Shown here in pieces: positions 18,072-25,455 of a DNA stretch of 41,485 bases. Each line of letters starts with the position of its first letter. Positions within the stretch are counted from its first letter, which is position 1. The notes beneath the pieces are model-generated. The model was not told the origin of the DNA. It was given only the letters and a program-made list of their open reading frames with translations, and made no database searches. The stretch spans positions 1 to 41,485 of the forward strand of contig JAKFCT010000084.1 in the NCBI GenBank assembly GCA_036676495.1. The letters are read 5' to 3'. Origin of the DNA: Candidatus Sericytochromatia bacterium. Lineage in GTDB: Bacteria; Cyanobacteriota; Sericytochromatia; S15B-MN24; UBA4093. The position numbers and the translations under genes were made by a program.

Positions 18072-18362
18072 CTAGCCGAGCGCGCGCGTCACGGGCTCGC
18101 GTGCGCGATCCGGCGGAGCCATGGTCACGGCGGTCACCGTCGGCTGCGGCTTGTTGAAGCACGGCCGGCAGTAGACCGGCTTGCCGTTGGTGGGCTGGAA
18201 CGGGACATGGGTCTGGACGCCGCAGCTGGCGCAGATCACCTCGGCTCCGCCCAAGGGCACGTGCGAGGAGGAGGCGCGGGGGGCGCGCTTCTTTTTCTTC
18301 TTGAACTTCTTGGCGTACTCGGCGTTGCGCAAACGTTTCTCGAGCTTCAGCTTGCTACCCAT
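18072..18362 (-). CDS. CxxC-x17-CxxC zinc-ribbon protein with a highly basic N-terminus
   Basis: CASCGVQTHVPFQPTNGKPVYCRPC, poly-Lys stretch KKFKKKKKR, and GGAGG SD. Confidence 0.85.
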   Translation of the reverse strand: MGSKLKLEKRLRNAEYAKKFKKKKKRAPRASSSHVPLGGAEVICASCGVQTHVPFQPTNGKPVYCRPCFNKPQPTVTAVTMAPPDRAREPVTRALG

Positions 18363-18497
18363 TCGCCCTCCTCTCGCTGACCGCCCGCTGGGAAAGCAGG
18401 GCGCTGGTCACCCGAGAGGTATCTTAATAGATCGTTACAATTGCCCGCAAGAGGCGCTTTGGCGCCGCTTCGTCGAGAGGTTAAGCGCCGAGCGGAA

Positions 18498-19223
18498 TCA
18501 GCGCAAGGGACAGAGGCCCAGCTCCGAGAGCTCGCGCTCGACGAGGGGCTCCCAGCCCTGGTTGGTCAGGGGGTTGGCGGGACTGGGGTGGATGATGCGG
18601 CCGATCCGGATGCCGGAGCCGTCGAGGGCCAGGCGGGCGCGCTCCTCGGCGAAGGCTCCGATGCCGACGATCCACTCGGGGCGCAAGAGGGCCACGGCCT
18701 CGCGCAAATGCGCGTCGCAAGCGTCGAACAGGGCCTTGCGCTCGGAGACCGGCAGCTTGTCGGGGGTTCGGTTCCGGCCGGACTCCTCCATGAAGACCAG
18801 GGGACAGTAGTTGAGGATCAGGTAGCGCGAGAAGAAGGCCTCGGGCGTGCCGAAGTGCTTGGCGATCGCCCCCCAGACCCGCGAGCCGCTCACTTCCTTG
18901 CGCTGGCAGGCAAACCCCGTGATGGGGCGCTTCGGGTGCTCGGGCTCGGGCTTGCCGACGGGCACGTCGATGCCCATCCAGCCGCGGGCCCATTCCACCT
19001 GACCGAACGGGACGCCCGTCTGGGCCATGCCCCAGGGGCCGGGGTTCATCCCCAGGAAGATCGCGCGCTTGGGGCCCTCACCGGCCAACTTCAGGTAGGC
19101 GGCGTACCCCTCGCGGGCATAGACCAGCGGGTTGTAGACGTGGGTGACGGGAGCGGCGAAGCGCATGGGCGCGAGCGCGTCAGAGAGCGCGTCCGCGGAG
19201 CGCAAGAGGCGTTCAGTGGTCAT
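18498..19223 (-). CDS. SMUG1-type (family 3) uracil-DNA glycosylase
   Basis: VYNPLVYA, GMNPGPWGMAQTGVPFG, EVSG, NYCPL and HPSPANP motifs. Confidence 0.93.
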   Translation of the reverse strand: MTTERLLRSADALSDALAPMRFAAPVTHVYNPLVYAREGYAAYLKLAGEGPKRAIFLGMNPGPWGMAQTGVPFGQVEWARGWMGIDVPVGKPEPEHPKRPITGFACQRKEVSGSRVWGAIAKHFGTPEAFFSRYLILNYCPLVFMEESGRNRTPDKLPVSERKALFDACDAHLREAVALLRPEWIVGIGAFAEERARLALDGSGIRIGRIIHPSPANPLTNQGWEPLVERELSELGLCPLR

Positions 19224-19229
19224 GCCCCC

Positions 19230-19238
19230 ACCCTATCA
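19230..19238 (-). promoter_or_regulatory. Extended -10 promoter; leaderless SMUG1 mRNA
   Basis: TGaTAGGGT, then 6 nt, then ATG 19223; no SD. Confidence 0.5.
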
Positions 19239-19490
19239 CGCCCCATGGGCGGCCGCAAGCACCCGCGCGGGCCGTCCCCGCGCGCCTCGCCCCCCGGAAG
19301 GCCCGTCCGACTGTTGCAATCCTTTTGGCCCTCCCTTACCCTCGGGACATCGGTCGGGGCTGCGACACCAGGGTGCACCGGGAAAACCCGGTTTTCCCCC
19401 GGGGTCACAGCCCTGACCGCTTTCGCTAGCGCCCGCGGCTGTTTCGAAAGGCAGCGTTAGCTGACCTGTAGAAACGGCGTTAGCTCTAGG

Positions 19491-19517
19491 TAAGTTTCGG
19501 CGGCCCCGCGGCGATAA
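19491..19517 (+). promoter_or_regulatory. Sigma28(FliA)-like promoter upstream of the YiiX lipoprotein
   Basis: TAAG-N15-GGCGATAA compared with the consensus TAAA-N15-GCCGATAA. Confidence 0.4.
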
Positions 19518-19552
19518 GTCATGCGTCCCCACCCCCCTCCATGAGGTGACGC

Positions 19553-20401
19553 ATGCGACGGATTTGGCTCCCGATGGTCCTGGCCTCGACCCTGCTCGCC
19601 GGCTGCGGCACGGGCCTGACCGGCCCTCGCTTGAACGCCTCCGAACCCGAGCTGCTCACGGCCGAAAGCCTCACCCGCCAGGACGAGTCCCAGCTGGTCG
19701 CCACCGTCGAAGAGCTGGCCGCCCAGTTCTACGCCGACGAAAGCGCCGATCCCGACTTCGCCTCCTCCCAGGCCACCCTGAGCGGGAGCCGGGGCGGCCT
19801 CTTCTATCGCTCGCTCGTGAAGAGCCAGACCCTGCGCACGCTCGCCTACAAGCTCTCCTACCTGCCCGTGAAGATCCACTTCAGCAAGCCCGGCAAGCAG
19901 GACGACGTGCCTCCCATCTCCGCGGCGGAGCGTCAGCGCCTCATGGCGAGCCTCCAGCCCGGCGACGTGATCCAGTGCGGGAACAACGCCTCCTTCGTCC
20001 ACGCCGCCTTCTACCTGGGCAACGACCGGATCGTGCATGCCCTCGCCCAGGCCGGGTTCGGCAAGTCCATGATCGGCGTCCTCGAAGAGAGCCTCACCGA
20101 CTACCTCGACCGGGTCGATCGCGACAAGTTCGTGGTGCTGCGCCCGCGCTGGACCCCCGAGACCTTGGCGCAGGGGCTCTCCTACGCCCGCGCGCAGGTC
20201 GGGAAGGGCTACGACACGGTCTTCGTGACCGATGCCGAGGACCGCTTCTACTGCACCGAGCTGGTCTACCACGTGCTCACCCGCACCGGCGCCGCCAAGG
20301 TCGAGCCGCATCTCGTCAAGGCGAAGTGGCGCATCATCACCAACGAGGACCTGCGCCGCAGCCCGGATCTCTCGGTCGTCTACCGCTTCAACCACGATTA
20401 G
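19553..20401 (+). CDS. Lipoprotein, permuted papain-like NlpC/P60 amidase (YiiX/YebB family)
   Basis: Lipobox LAGC. LQPGDVI...HAAFY...GKGYD...FYCTELV gives the His-before-Cys permuted order. Confidence 0.88.
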   Translation: MRRIWLPMVLASTLLAGCGTGLTGPRLNASEPELLTAESLTRQDESQLVATVEELAAQFYADESADPDFASSQATLSGSRGGLFYRSLVKSQTLRTLAYKLSYLPVKIHFSKPGKQDDVPPISAAERQRLMASLQPGDVIQCGNNASFVHAAFYLGNDRIVHALAQAGFGKSMIGVLEESLTDYLDRVDRDKFVVLRPRWTPETLAQGLSYARAQVGKGYDTVFVTDAEDRFYCTELVYHVLTRTGAAKVEPHLVKAKWRIITNEDLRRSPDLSVVYRFNHD

Positions 20402-20428
20402 CCCCGCGCGCCCGATCGTCCCCCCCGT

Positions 20429-20460
20429 GCCGTCCTTCCTGCGTCTGCGGGAAGGACGGC
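20429..20460 (+). terminator. Hairpin terminator after the YiiX gene
   Basis: GCCGTCCTTCCTGC-GTCT-GCGGGAAGGACGGC. Confidence 0.6.
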
Positions 20461-20489
20461 TTGCATGGGCCCAGGCCTCCGGGTAGAGT
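20461..20489 (+). promoter_or_regulatory. Sigma70 promoter; leaderless mug mRNA
   Basis: TTGCAT-17-TAGAGT, then 7 nt, then ATG 20497. Confidence 0.55.
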
Positions 20490-20496
20490 GGGGGCC

Positions 20497-21054
20497 ATGG
20501 CAGAACACATCACGCTCGACGGGGTCCTGACCCTGGAGGATCTCGTGGCCGAAGGGCTCGACGTCCTCTTCGTCGGCTACAACCCGAACCCTTACGCCGT
20601 CACGCACGGCCACTACTACGCCCGCCGCGCCAACCGCTTCTGGGAGGACCTGCATGAGGCGGGCTTCGTCCCGCGGATCCTGCGCGGCCCCGGCGAAGAC
20701 CGGGAGATCCTCGCGCACGGCCTGGGACTGACCGACGTCATCAAGCGACCGACACCCACGATCGACGGGCTGGGCGCGGACGAGTTCAAGCGCGGCTTCG
20801 CGCGGCTGGATGGCCTCTTGCTGCGCTACCAGCCGCGTTTCGTCTGCTTCAACGGGCTGGGCCTTCACGAGCGCTACCAGCGCTGGGGCCATCCCCCCGC
20901 GGCCCTGCGCGTCCGGGCCGTCCCCTCGACGAGCCCGCGCAACAACGGGCTACGCCTGCAACGCCTGGAGGCTTTCAAGGCGCTGAAACGCGAGGTCGAT
21001 GCGCTTGCGCAAGAGGCCCGGGCGCCGAAGCGACTTGACGACCGTTCTAGCTAG
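20497..21054 (+). CDS. mug: G/U mismatch-specific DNA glycosylase (UDG family 2)
   Basis: LDVLFVGYNP, GHYYA..ANRFW, GLGLTDVIKRPT, CFNG and PSTSP motifs. The real start is ATG 20497, not the 19546 extension. Confidence 0.88.
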   Translation: MAEHITLDGVLTLEDLVAEGLDVLFVGYNPNPYAVTHGHYYARRANRFWEDLHEAGFVPRILRGPGEDREILAHGLGLTDVIKRPTPTIDGLGADEFKRGFARLDGLLLRYQPRFVCFNGLGLHERYQRWGHPPAALRVRAVPSTSPRNNGLRLQRLEAFKALKREVDALAQEARAPKRLDDRSS

Positions 21055-21063
21055 AATTAAGAT
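21035..21063 (+). promoter_or_regulatory. marR promoter with palindromic operator in the spacer
   Basis: TTGACG-17-TAAGAT; operator GTTCTAGCTAGAAT at 21044-21057; ATG 6 nt after the -10. Confidence 0.75.
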
Positions 21064-21069
21064 GCGAGC

Positions 21070-21537
21070 ATGCCGAAAGAACCCCCTTACAGCCAAGCTC
21101 CCGAACCGTTCCTGCGAACCGCGCGGGCGCTCGTCGAAACGTACAGCCAAATCATGGCGATCGATGACCGCCATGTCGAATCACTGGGCCTGACCCCGGC
21201 GCAGTTCGACGTGCTGGCCACCCTGGGAGACACTCCCGGGATGACCTGCAAGCAGCTCGGGGAAGGCACGCTCATCACCAAGGGGACCCTCACGGGGGTC
21301 CTGGATCGCCTCGAGAGCAAGGGGTTGATCAAGCGGTGCCGGGGCGAGGCCGACTCCCGGCAAGTCTTCGTCTCGCTCACTCCGGAAGGCGAAGCCGTCT
21401 TCACCGCGACCTTCCAGCCCCACCTCGACTACTTGGCCCAGTTCTGGGATCGCATGCCCCTGGACCGCCAGCAATTGCTCGTCGAACTGCTGGGGGAACT
21501 TCAAGCCGCGTTCCGCGGTCCTTCCAAAAAGCGCTAA
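21070..21537 (+). CDS. MarR-family transcriptional regulator
   Basis: GLTPAQFDVLATL, ITKGTLTGVLDRLESKGLI and DSRQVFVSLTPEG winged-helix motifs. Confidence 0.94.
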   Translation: MPKEPPYSQAPEPFLRTARALVETYSQIMAIDDRHVESLGLTPAQFDVLATLGDTPGMTCKQLGEGTLITKGTLTGVLDRLESKGLIKRCRGEADSRQVFVSLTPEGEAVFTATFQPHLDYLAQFWDRMPLDRQQLLVELLGELQAAFRGPSKKR

Positions 21538-21545
21538 AAAAAGTC

Positions 21546-21598
21546 TTGACAGATTGTTCTCGCTAGAACTATCATCAAATTGTTCTACAACGAATGAT
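21546..21598 (+). promoter_or_regulatory. yceI-yceI promoter with MarR-type operator(s)
   Basis: TTGACA-18-TATCAT. GTTCTCGCTAGAAC at 21556-21569 and a degenerate second site ATTGTTCTACAACGAATGAT at 21579-21598. Confidence 0.75.
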
Positions 21599-21671
21599 TG
21601 ATATCCGTCCCGCTTCACGCTTTCAGTCTGCCTTCCGCCTCGGCGGAAGGGCCCGATTTAAAGGAGAATCC

Positions 21672-22289
21672 ATGAACCGCAAGCTCGCAGCCGTTTCGCT
21701 CGTCGCCGCCGGTGTTCTCTTCGCCGGTGCGGTCGATGCCCGCACGTACAAGGTCACGCCCGACGCCCACAACGTTCCCGAGGTCAGCTTCACCTCGAAG
21801 GCTTCGGTCGTCCGCATCGTCGGCCGCACCTCCGCGATCGAGGGCTTCAGCGAGATCGACATCAACAACCCCTCCAAGACCAAGAAGGGCGAGATCGTCG
21901 TCGACCTGACCACCCTCGACACCGGCATCGCCCTGCGCAACGAGCACATGGTCGACCTGATCGAGGCCAAGAAGTACCCCAAGGCCACCTTCAAGGTGAA
22001 GGAGCTCAAGGCCCCCAAGCTCATCGCCAACGAGCCCGTCGAAGGCACCGCGGTCGGCGAGTTCACCCTTCACGGCGTGACCAAGCCCATCACCGTGCCC
22101 ATCAGCCTCCACTACCTCCCCGAGGACAAGCAGAATCCCGAGTACCGCCCCGGCGACTGGGTGAACTTCTCGAGCAACTTCAAGATCAAGCTCTCCGACT
22201 ACAAGATTCCGCTGCCCAAGCCCATGTTCGGCGTCAAGGTCACCGACGATCTGACCATCCAGGTCGACGGCATGGCCAAGGGCATCTAA
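21672..22289 (+). CDS. Exported YceI-family lipid/polyisoprenoid-binding protein
   Basis: Signal peptide (VDA-R); LDTGIALRNEHM, KYPKATF and GEFTLHGVTK motifs. AAGGAG SD. Confidence 0.88.
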   Translation: MNRKLAAVSLVAAGVLFAGAVDARTYKVTPDAHNVPEVSFTSKASVVRIVGRTSAIEGFSEIDINNPSKTKKGEIVVDLTTLDTGIALRNEHMVDLIEAKKYPKATFKVKELKAPKLIANEPVEGTAVGEFTLHGVTKPITVPISLHYLPEDKQNPEYRPGDWVNFSSNFKIKLSDYKIPLPKPMFGVKVTDDLTIQVDGMAKGI

Positions 22290-22320
22290 TCAGCTAGCTT
22301 AGCGAGAAAGGACCACTATT

Positions 22321-22872
22321 ATGTCTTGGCAACTCGATACTTCCCACAGCCGCATCGGCTTCGCCGTGAAGCACATGATGGTCTCGACCGTCCGCGGCGA
22401 GTTCAAGAGCTACACCGGCAGCCTTCAGCTCGACGAGACCGACTTCACCCGCTCGACCATCACCGGCGAGATCGAGGTCGCGAGCATCGACACCCGTGAC
22501 GAGGGCCGCGACGGTCACCTCAAGTCGGCCGACTTCTTCGACGTGGAGAACCACCCGAAGATGACCTTCAAGAGCACCCGCATCGTGGCCAAGGGCGGCA
22601 ACGAGTACACGGTCTACGGCGACCTCACCATCCGCGGCGTGACCCGCGAGATCGCCATCGACGCCGAGTACTCGGGCAAGCAGCAGAACCCCTGGGGCGT
22701 CACCATGACCGGCTTCAGCGGCAGCGCCACGATCAACCGCAAGGACTTCGGCCTCGAGTGGAACGTCGCCCTCGAGACCGGCGGCATCCTCGTCGGCGAG
22801 AAGGTCAAGCTCGAGCTCGAAGTCGAGCTCACGCATCAGGCCGCCCCGGTGGCCGAGACCGCGGCCGTCTAA
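22321..22872 (+). CDS. yceI: Cytoplasmic YceI-family protein
   Basis: WQLDTSHS, VKHMMVSTVRGEF, RDGHLKSADFFDVE, GDLTIRGVT and INRKDFGLEWN motifs. Confidence 0.93.
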   Translation: MSWQLDTSHSRIGFAVKHMMVSTVRGEFKSYTGSLQLDETDFTRSTITGEIEVASIDTRDEGRDGHLKSADFFDVENHPKMTFKSTRIVAKGGNEYTVYGDLTIRGVTREIAIDAEYSGKQQNPWGVTMTGFSGSATINRKDFGLEWNVALETGGILVGEKVKLELEVELTHQAAPVAETAAV

Positions 22873-22886
22873 ATCTCCGTTCGATC

Positions 22887-22916
22887 GGCCCCCGAGAGCC
22901 CGTGCTCTCGGGGGCC
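22887..22916 (+). terminator. 13-bp stem hairpin after the yceI pair
   Basis: GGCCCCCGAGAGC-CCGT-GCTCTCGGGGGCC. Confidence 0.65.
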
Positions 22917-23049
22917 TCGGCCGTTCTCCGAAGGGGAAGAACAGGAAAAACGGGCGTCCTGAGAAGTTTGACGGAACTTTGGCGAATCATGACCGAGCCA
23001 TGACTGACACCCCCGTTGGGCCTATGGTGAGATAGGAGGGCGTCTGTAA

Positions 23050-23931
23050 ATGAAAGGACCGCCCATGTTCCGCAACCGCCCGATCAAATGGCTGAGCGCG
23101 CTTTTCCTGGCCCTCTTCCATGGGCTGGCGATCGCCGCTTTCTTCCAACCCTTCTCGGTTTCCTACCTGCCGATCATGATCGGCCTCTACCTCTGGATGG
23201 GCTTCGGCACCACGTTCTACCTCCATCGCATGCTCACCCACAAGGCCTTCGAAACCACGGGCTGGATCAAGTTCTTCTTCTTCCTCGGCAACGCGGTCGG
23301 TCAACAAGGGGATCCCGTCGGCTGGGTGGGCCACCACCGCTGGCACCACGCCAAGTCCGACCAGGATGAGGACATCCACAGCCCGATCCACGGCTTCTTC
23401 CACGGCCACATGGGCTGGATCCTGCGGGATGCCGGCCCCGACGAGGAGCGCATCCGCTCGCTCGCCAAGGACATCCGTGAGAAGTACCCGTACACCCGTC
23501 TCGCAGAGAAGCCTTACCTCTTCTTCATCCCCCACCTCGTCACGGCCGCCCTCCTCTACGCCACGCTCGGTCTGCCCGGCATGCTCTGGGGCCTCTACGT
23601 CCCCATGGTCGCCGTCTACCACGTGACCTGGAGCGTCAACTCGCTCTGCCACATGTTCGGCTACCGCACCACCGAGACCACCGACCGGAGCCGGAACTTC
23701 TGGCCCATCGGCCTGCTGGCCCTCGGCGAAGGCTGGCACAACAACCACCACGCCTGCCAGACCCGCGCTCCCCAGGGCCTCGCCTGGTACGAGATCGACC
23801 TCACCAAGTACCTGATCTGGAGCCTGGAACGGGTCCGGCTGGTCTGGAACGTTCGCTGGACCGCCCCGGTCCGCAAGAACGCGCCGGCCCCCAGTCCGAA
23901 CACCGGCACCCGGCTTCCCAACGCCTCCTAG
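23050..23931 (+). CDS. Delta-9 acyl-lipid/acyl-CoA desaturase (DesC/Ole1-like)
   Basis: His boxes HRMLTH, HRWHH and GEGWHNNHH; DIHSP and VNSLCH motifs. GGAGG SD. Confidence 0.92.
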   Translation: MKGPPMFRNRPIKWLSALFLALFHGLAIAAFFQPFSVSYLPIMIGLYLWMGFGTTFYLHRMLTHKAFETTGWIKFFFFLGNAVGQQGDPVGWVGHHRWHHAKSDQDEDIHSPIHGFFHGHMGWILRDAGPDEERIRSLAKDIREKYPYTRLAEKPYLFFIPHLVTAALLYATLGLPGMLWGLYVPMVAVYHVTWSVNSLCHMFGYRTTETTDRSRNFWPIGLLALGEGWHNNHHACQTRAPQGLAWYEIDLTKYLIWSLERVRLVWNVRWTAPVRKNAPAPSPNTGTRLPNAS

Positions 23932-23953
23932 AGCCAACGTCGTTTTCAGCGAC

Positions 23954-24011
23954 GCGCTGCTTCAAAAGCGGCTGGCGCTCGCGCTGCTTCAAAAGCGGCT
24001 GGCGCTCGCGC
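23954..24011. repeat. Perfect tandem duplication of a 27-bp hairpin-containing unit
   Basis: GCGCTGCTTCAAAAGCGGCTGGCGCTC twice, plus GCGC, between convergent genes. Confidence 0.85.
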
Positions 24012-24075
24012 GACTTCGTCGCATCATCGACCCGGCCCCCGCCATGACGCATGGCTGGGGCCTTCGCCTCGCGGC

Positions 24076-25287
24076 TCATTCCAGGTGGCTGAGCTCCGCC
24101 TTGACGATCCCCACCACCAGATCGTCGAGATCGCTTTCCTGGACGGGCCCTACCTCATGCGAGGTCTGCCCCCCGTAGGTCAGGAACAGGAACTTTCCCC
24201 CGGTGAACTGGGCCAGCTGGCGGAAAACGTACTCGCCCAGCGCATCGAGCCCGCTCGCGGCCAAGGGAAAGATCTTGATGCCCCGCTCGAGGGCCTTGAT
24301 CATGCTGCGCGTATACGGCACGTCCTGCGGATGGCCGAGCTGGGGCGGAGCGTCCCCCACCACGAACATCAGCCTCACGGCCTCCCCGTCGTCCCATGAA
24401 AGCTGGGTCATCGCCTCGTTGAGCGCCGGGTTCAGCGCCTCGGGGTAGTCGCCTCCTCCGGCCGCCGCCAAGGATTCCAGCCGCCGCTCGAACTCCGCGA
24501 AATCGTCCGTGAAATCGTGCTTCCGGGTGAGGAAATCGTCGCCCCGGTCCCGATACGCCACCAGGCCGTAGCGGACGGCAGGCTCTCCCGGCAAGCTCTT
24601 GATCCGGGCGGAGATTTCCCCGATCGTCGCCTGAATCTGGGTAAGCTCGTCTCCCATGCTCCCCGTCACGTCCAGCACGAAGCAGAGATCCAGCTTCGGG
24701 GCGATCGCCCCGCGAGCTCCCGGCAACTCGAACGGCTCGACCGACCCGCCGTTTCGGCTCAGCCCGCGCGTCACGCTTTGCGCTCCCTTGCTCACCTCGA
24801 TCGTCAGGTCCTCTTCGGAGTCCTTGAGCATGGGAAACGCCTTGGGATGGAAGTAGAGCCGGCCATCCGCGGGCGTTCTCGCGCTCAGCGCGACCTCCGA
24901 GCCCAGCTTGACGGTGACGAGGGCGTTGGGGACGGACTTCGAGGCGGCATCGACGACCCGCAGCGGGTAGCATTCGGAGACGTCGAGCCGGACGCCGGCC
25001 AGATCGAGCTCGTGATACTGTGAAAAGCTCTTGAGGTACTCCAAATAGCTGAGGAAGTGGGCATTGTCGTCGCGCTCGCCTCCCCTGAGGCCGGGGCTTT
25101 GCTCGGCAGCGCCCCCCGGCACGCCCATCGCCGCTCCGCCTCCGGGGCGGAGCCTCCCATCCGGCCCCATCATGGGGGCCGAGCGCTGATCCGGCGGCCC
25201 TAGACGCATGCCATTGAAGAGATCGGCGCAGCCGCTCAAGAGCGCCGTCGCCACTCCCGCCGCCATCAACCCCCGGATTGCGCGCAT
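24076..25287 (-). CDS. VWA-domain lipoprotein
   Basis: Lipobox LSGC; MIDAS DVTGSM; VAYRD, GGGDYPEA and VGDAPP motifs. Confidence 0.88.
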   Translation of the reverse strand: MRAIRGLMAAGVATALLSGCADLFNGMRLGPPDQRSAPMMGPDGRLRPGGGAAMGVPGGAAEQSPGLRGGERDDNAHFLSYLEYLKSFSQYHELDLAGVRLDVSECYPLRVVDAASKSVPNALVTVKLGSEVALSARTPADGRLYFHPKAFPMLKDSEEDLTIEVSKGAQSVTRGLSRNGGSVEPFELPGARGAIAPKLDLCFVLDVTGSMGDELTQIQATIGEISARIKSLPGEPAVRYGLVAYRDRGDDFLTRKHDFTDDFAEFERRLESLAAAGGGDYPEALNPALNEAMTQLSWDDGEAVRLMFVVGDAPPQLGHPQDVPYTRSMIKALERGIKIFPLAASGLDALGEYVFRQLAQFTGGKFLFLTYGGQTSHEVGPVQESDLDDLVVGIVKAELSHLE

Positions 25288-25455
25288 GGTCCTTTCTCCC
25301 TTCCATCGAAGCCATATCGGATGCCGCGTTCGCGCTTCATGATTCCTGAATCACGCGATCGATCCCAGGTCCGAATCGACCAAGCAAGCTCGGCAAGTCT
25401 CCGCCGCGCCGAAGCACGCAACCGGCAGATGCCCTTCACCCGGTAGAATGGAGCC

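Noticed and set aside
18433-18439. Single TGTAACG box upstream of zinc-ribbon gene 2, and TTACG repeats at 1739-1768
   Set aside because: These are single or degenerate copies without the 11-bp period and 9-nt spacing to a -10, so they are not counted in the SARP regulon.
19461-19495. GTTTCTAC on the minus strand, suggesting a purine riboswitch
   Set aside because: The P1/P2/P3 stems and conserved loops cannot be formed, and the downstream gene is not purine-related.
19546-20496. Apparent 317-aa N-terminal extension of MUG overlapping the YiiX gene (possible frameshift or fusion)
   Set aside because: The extension is Arg/Pro-rich off-frame sequence. A terminator hairpin and a promoter separate YiiX from the ATG at 20497.
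23954-24011. Possible mini-CRISPR array (also considered for 10614-10671)
   Set aside because: There are only two units, with no spacer or an 18-nt spacer, and no cas genes in the window.
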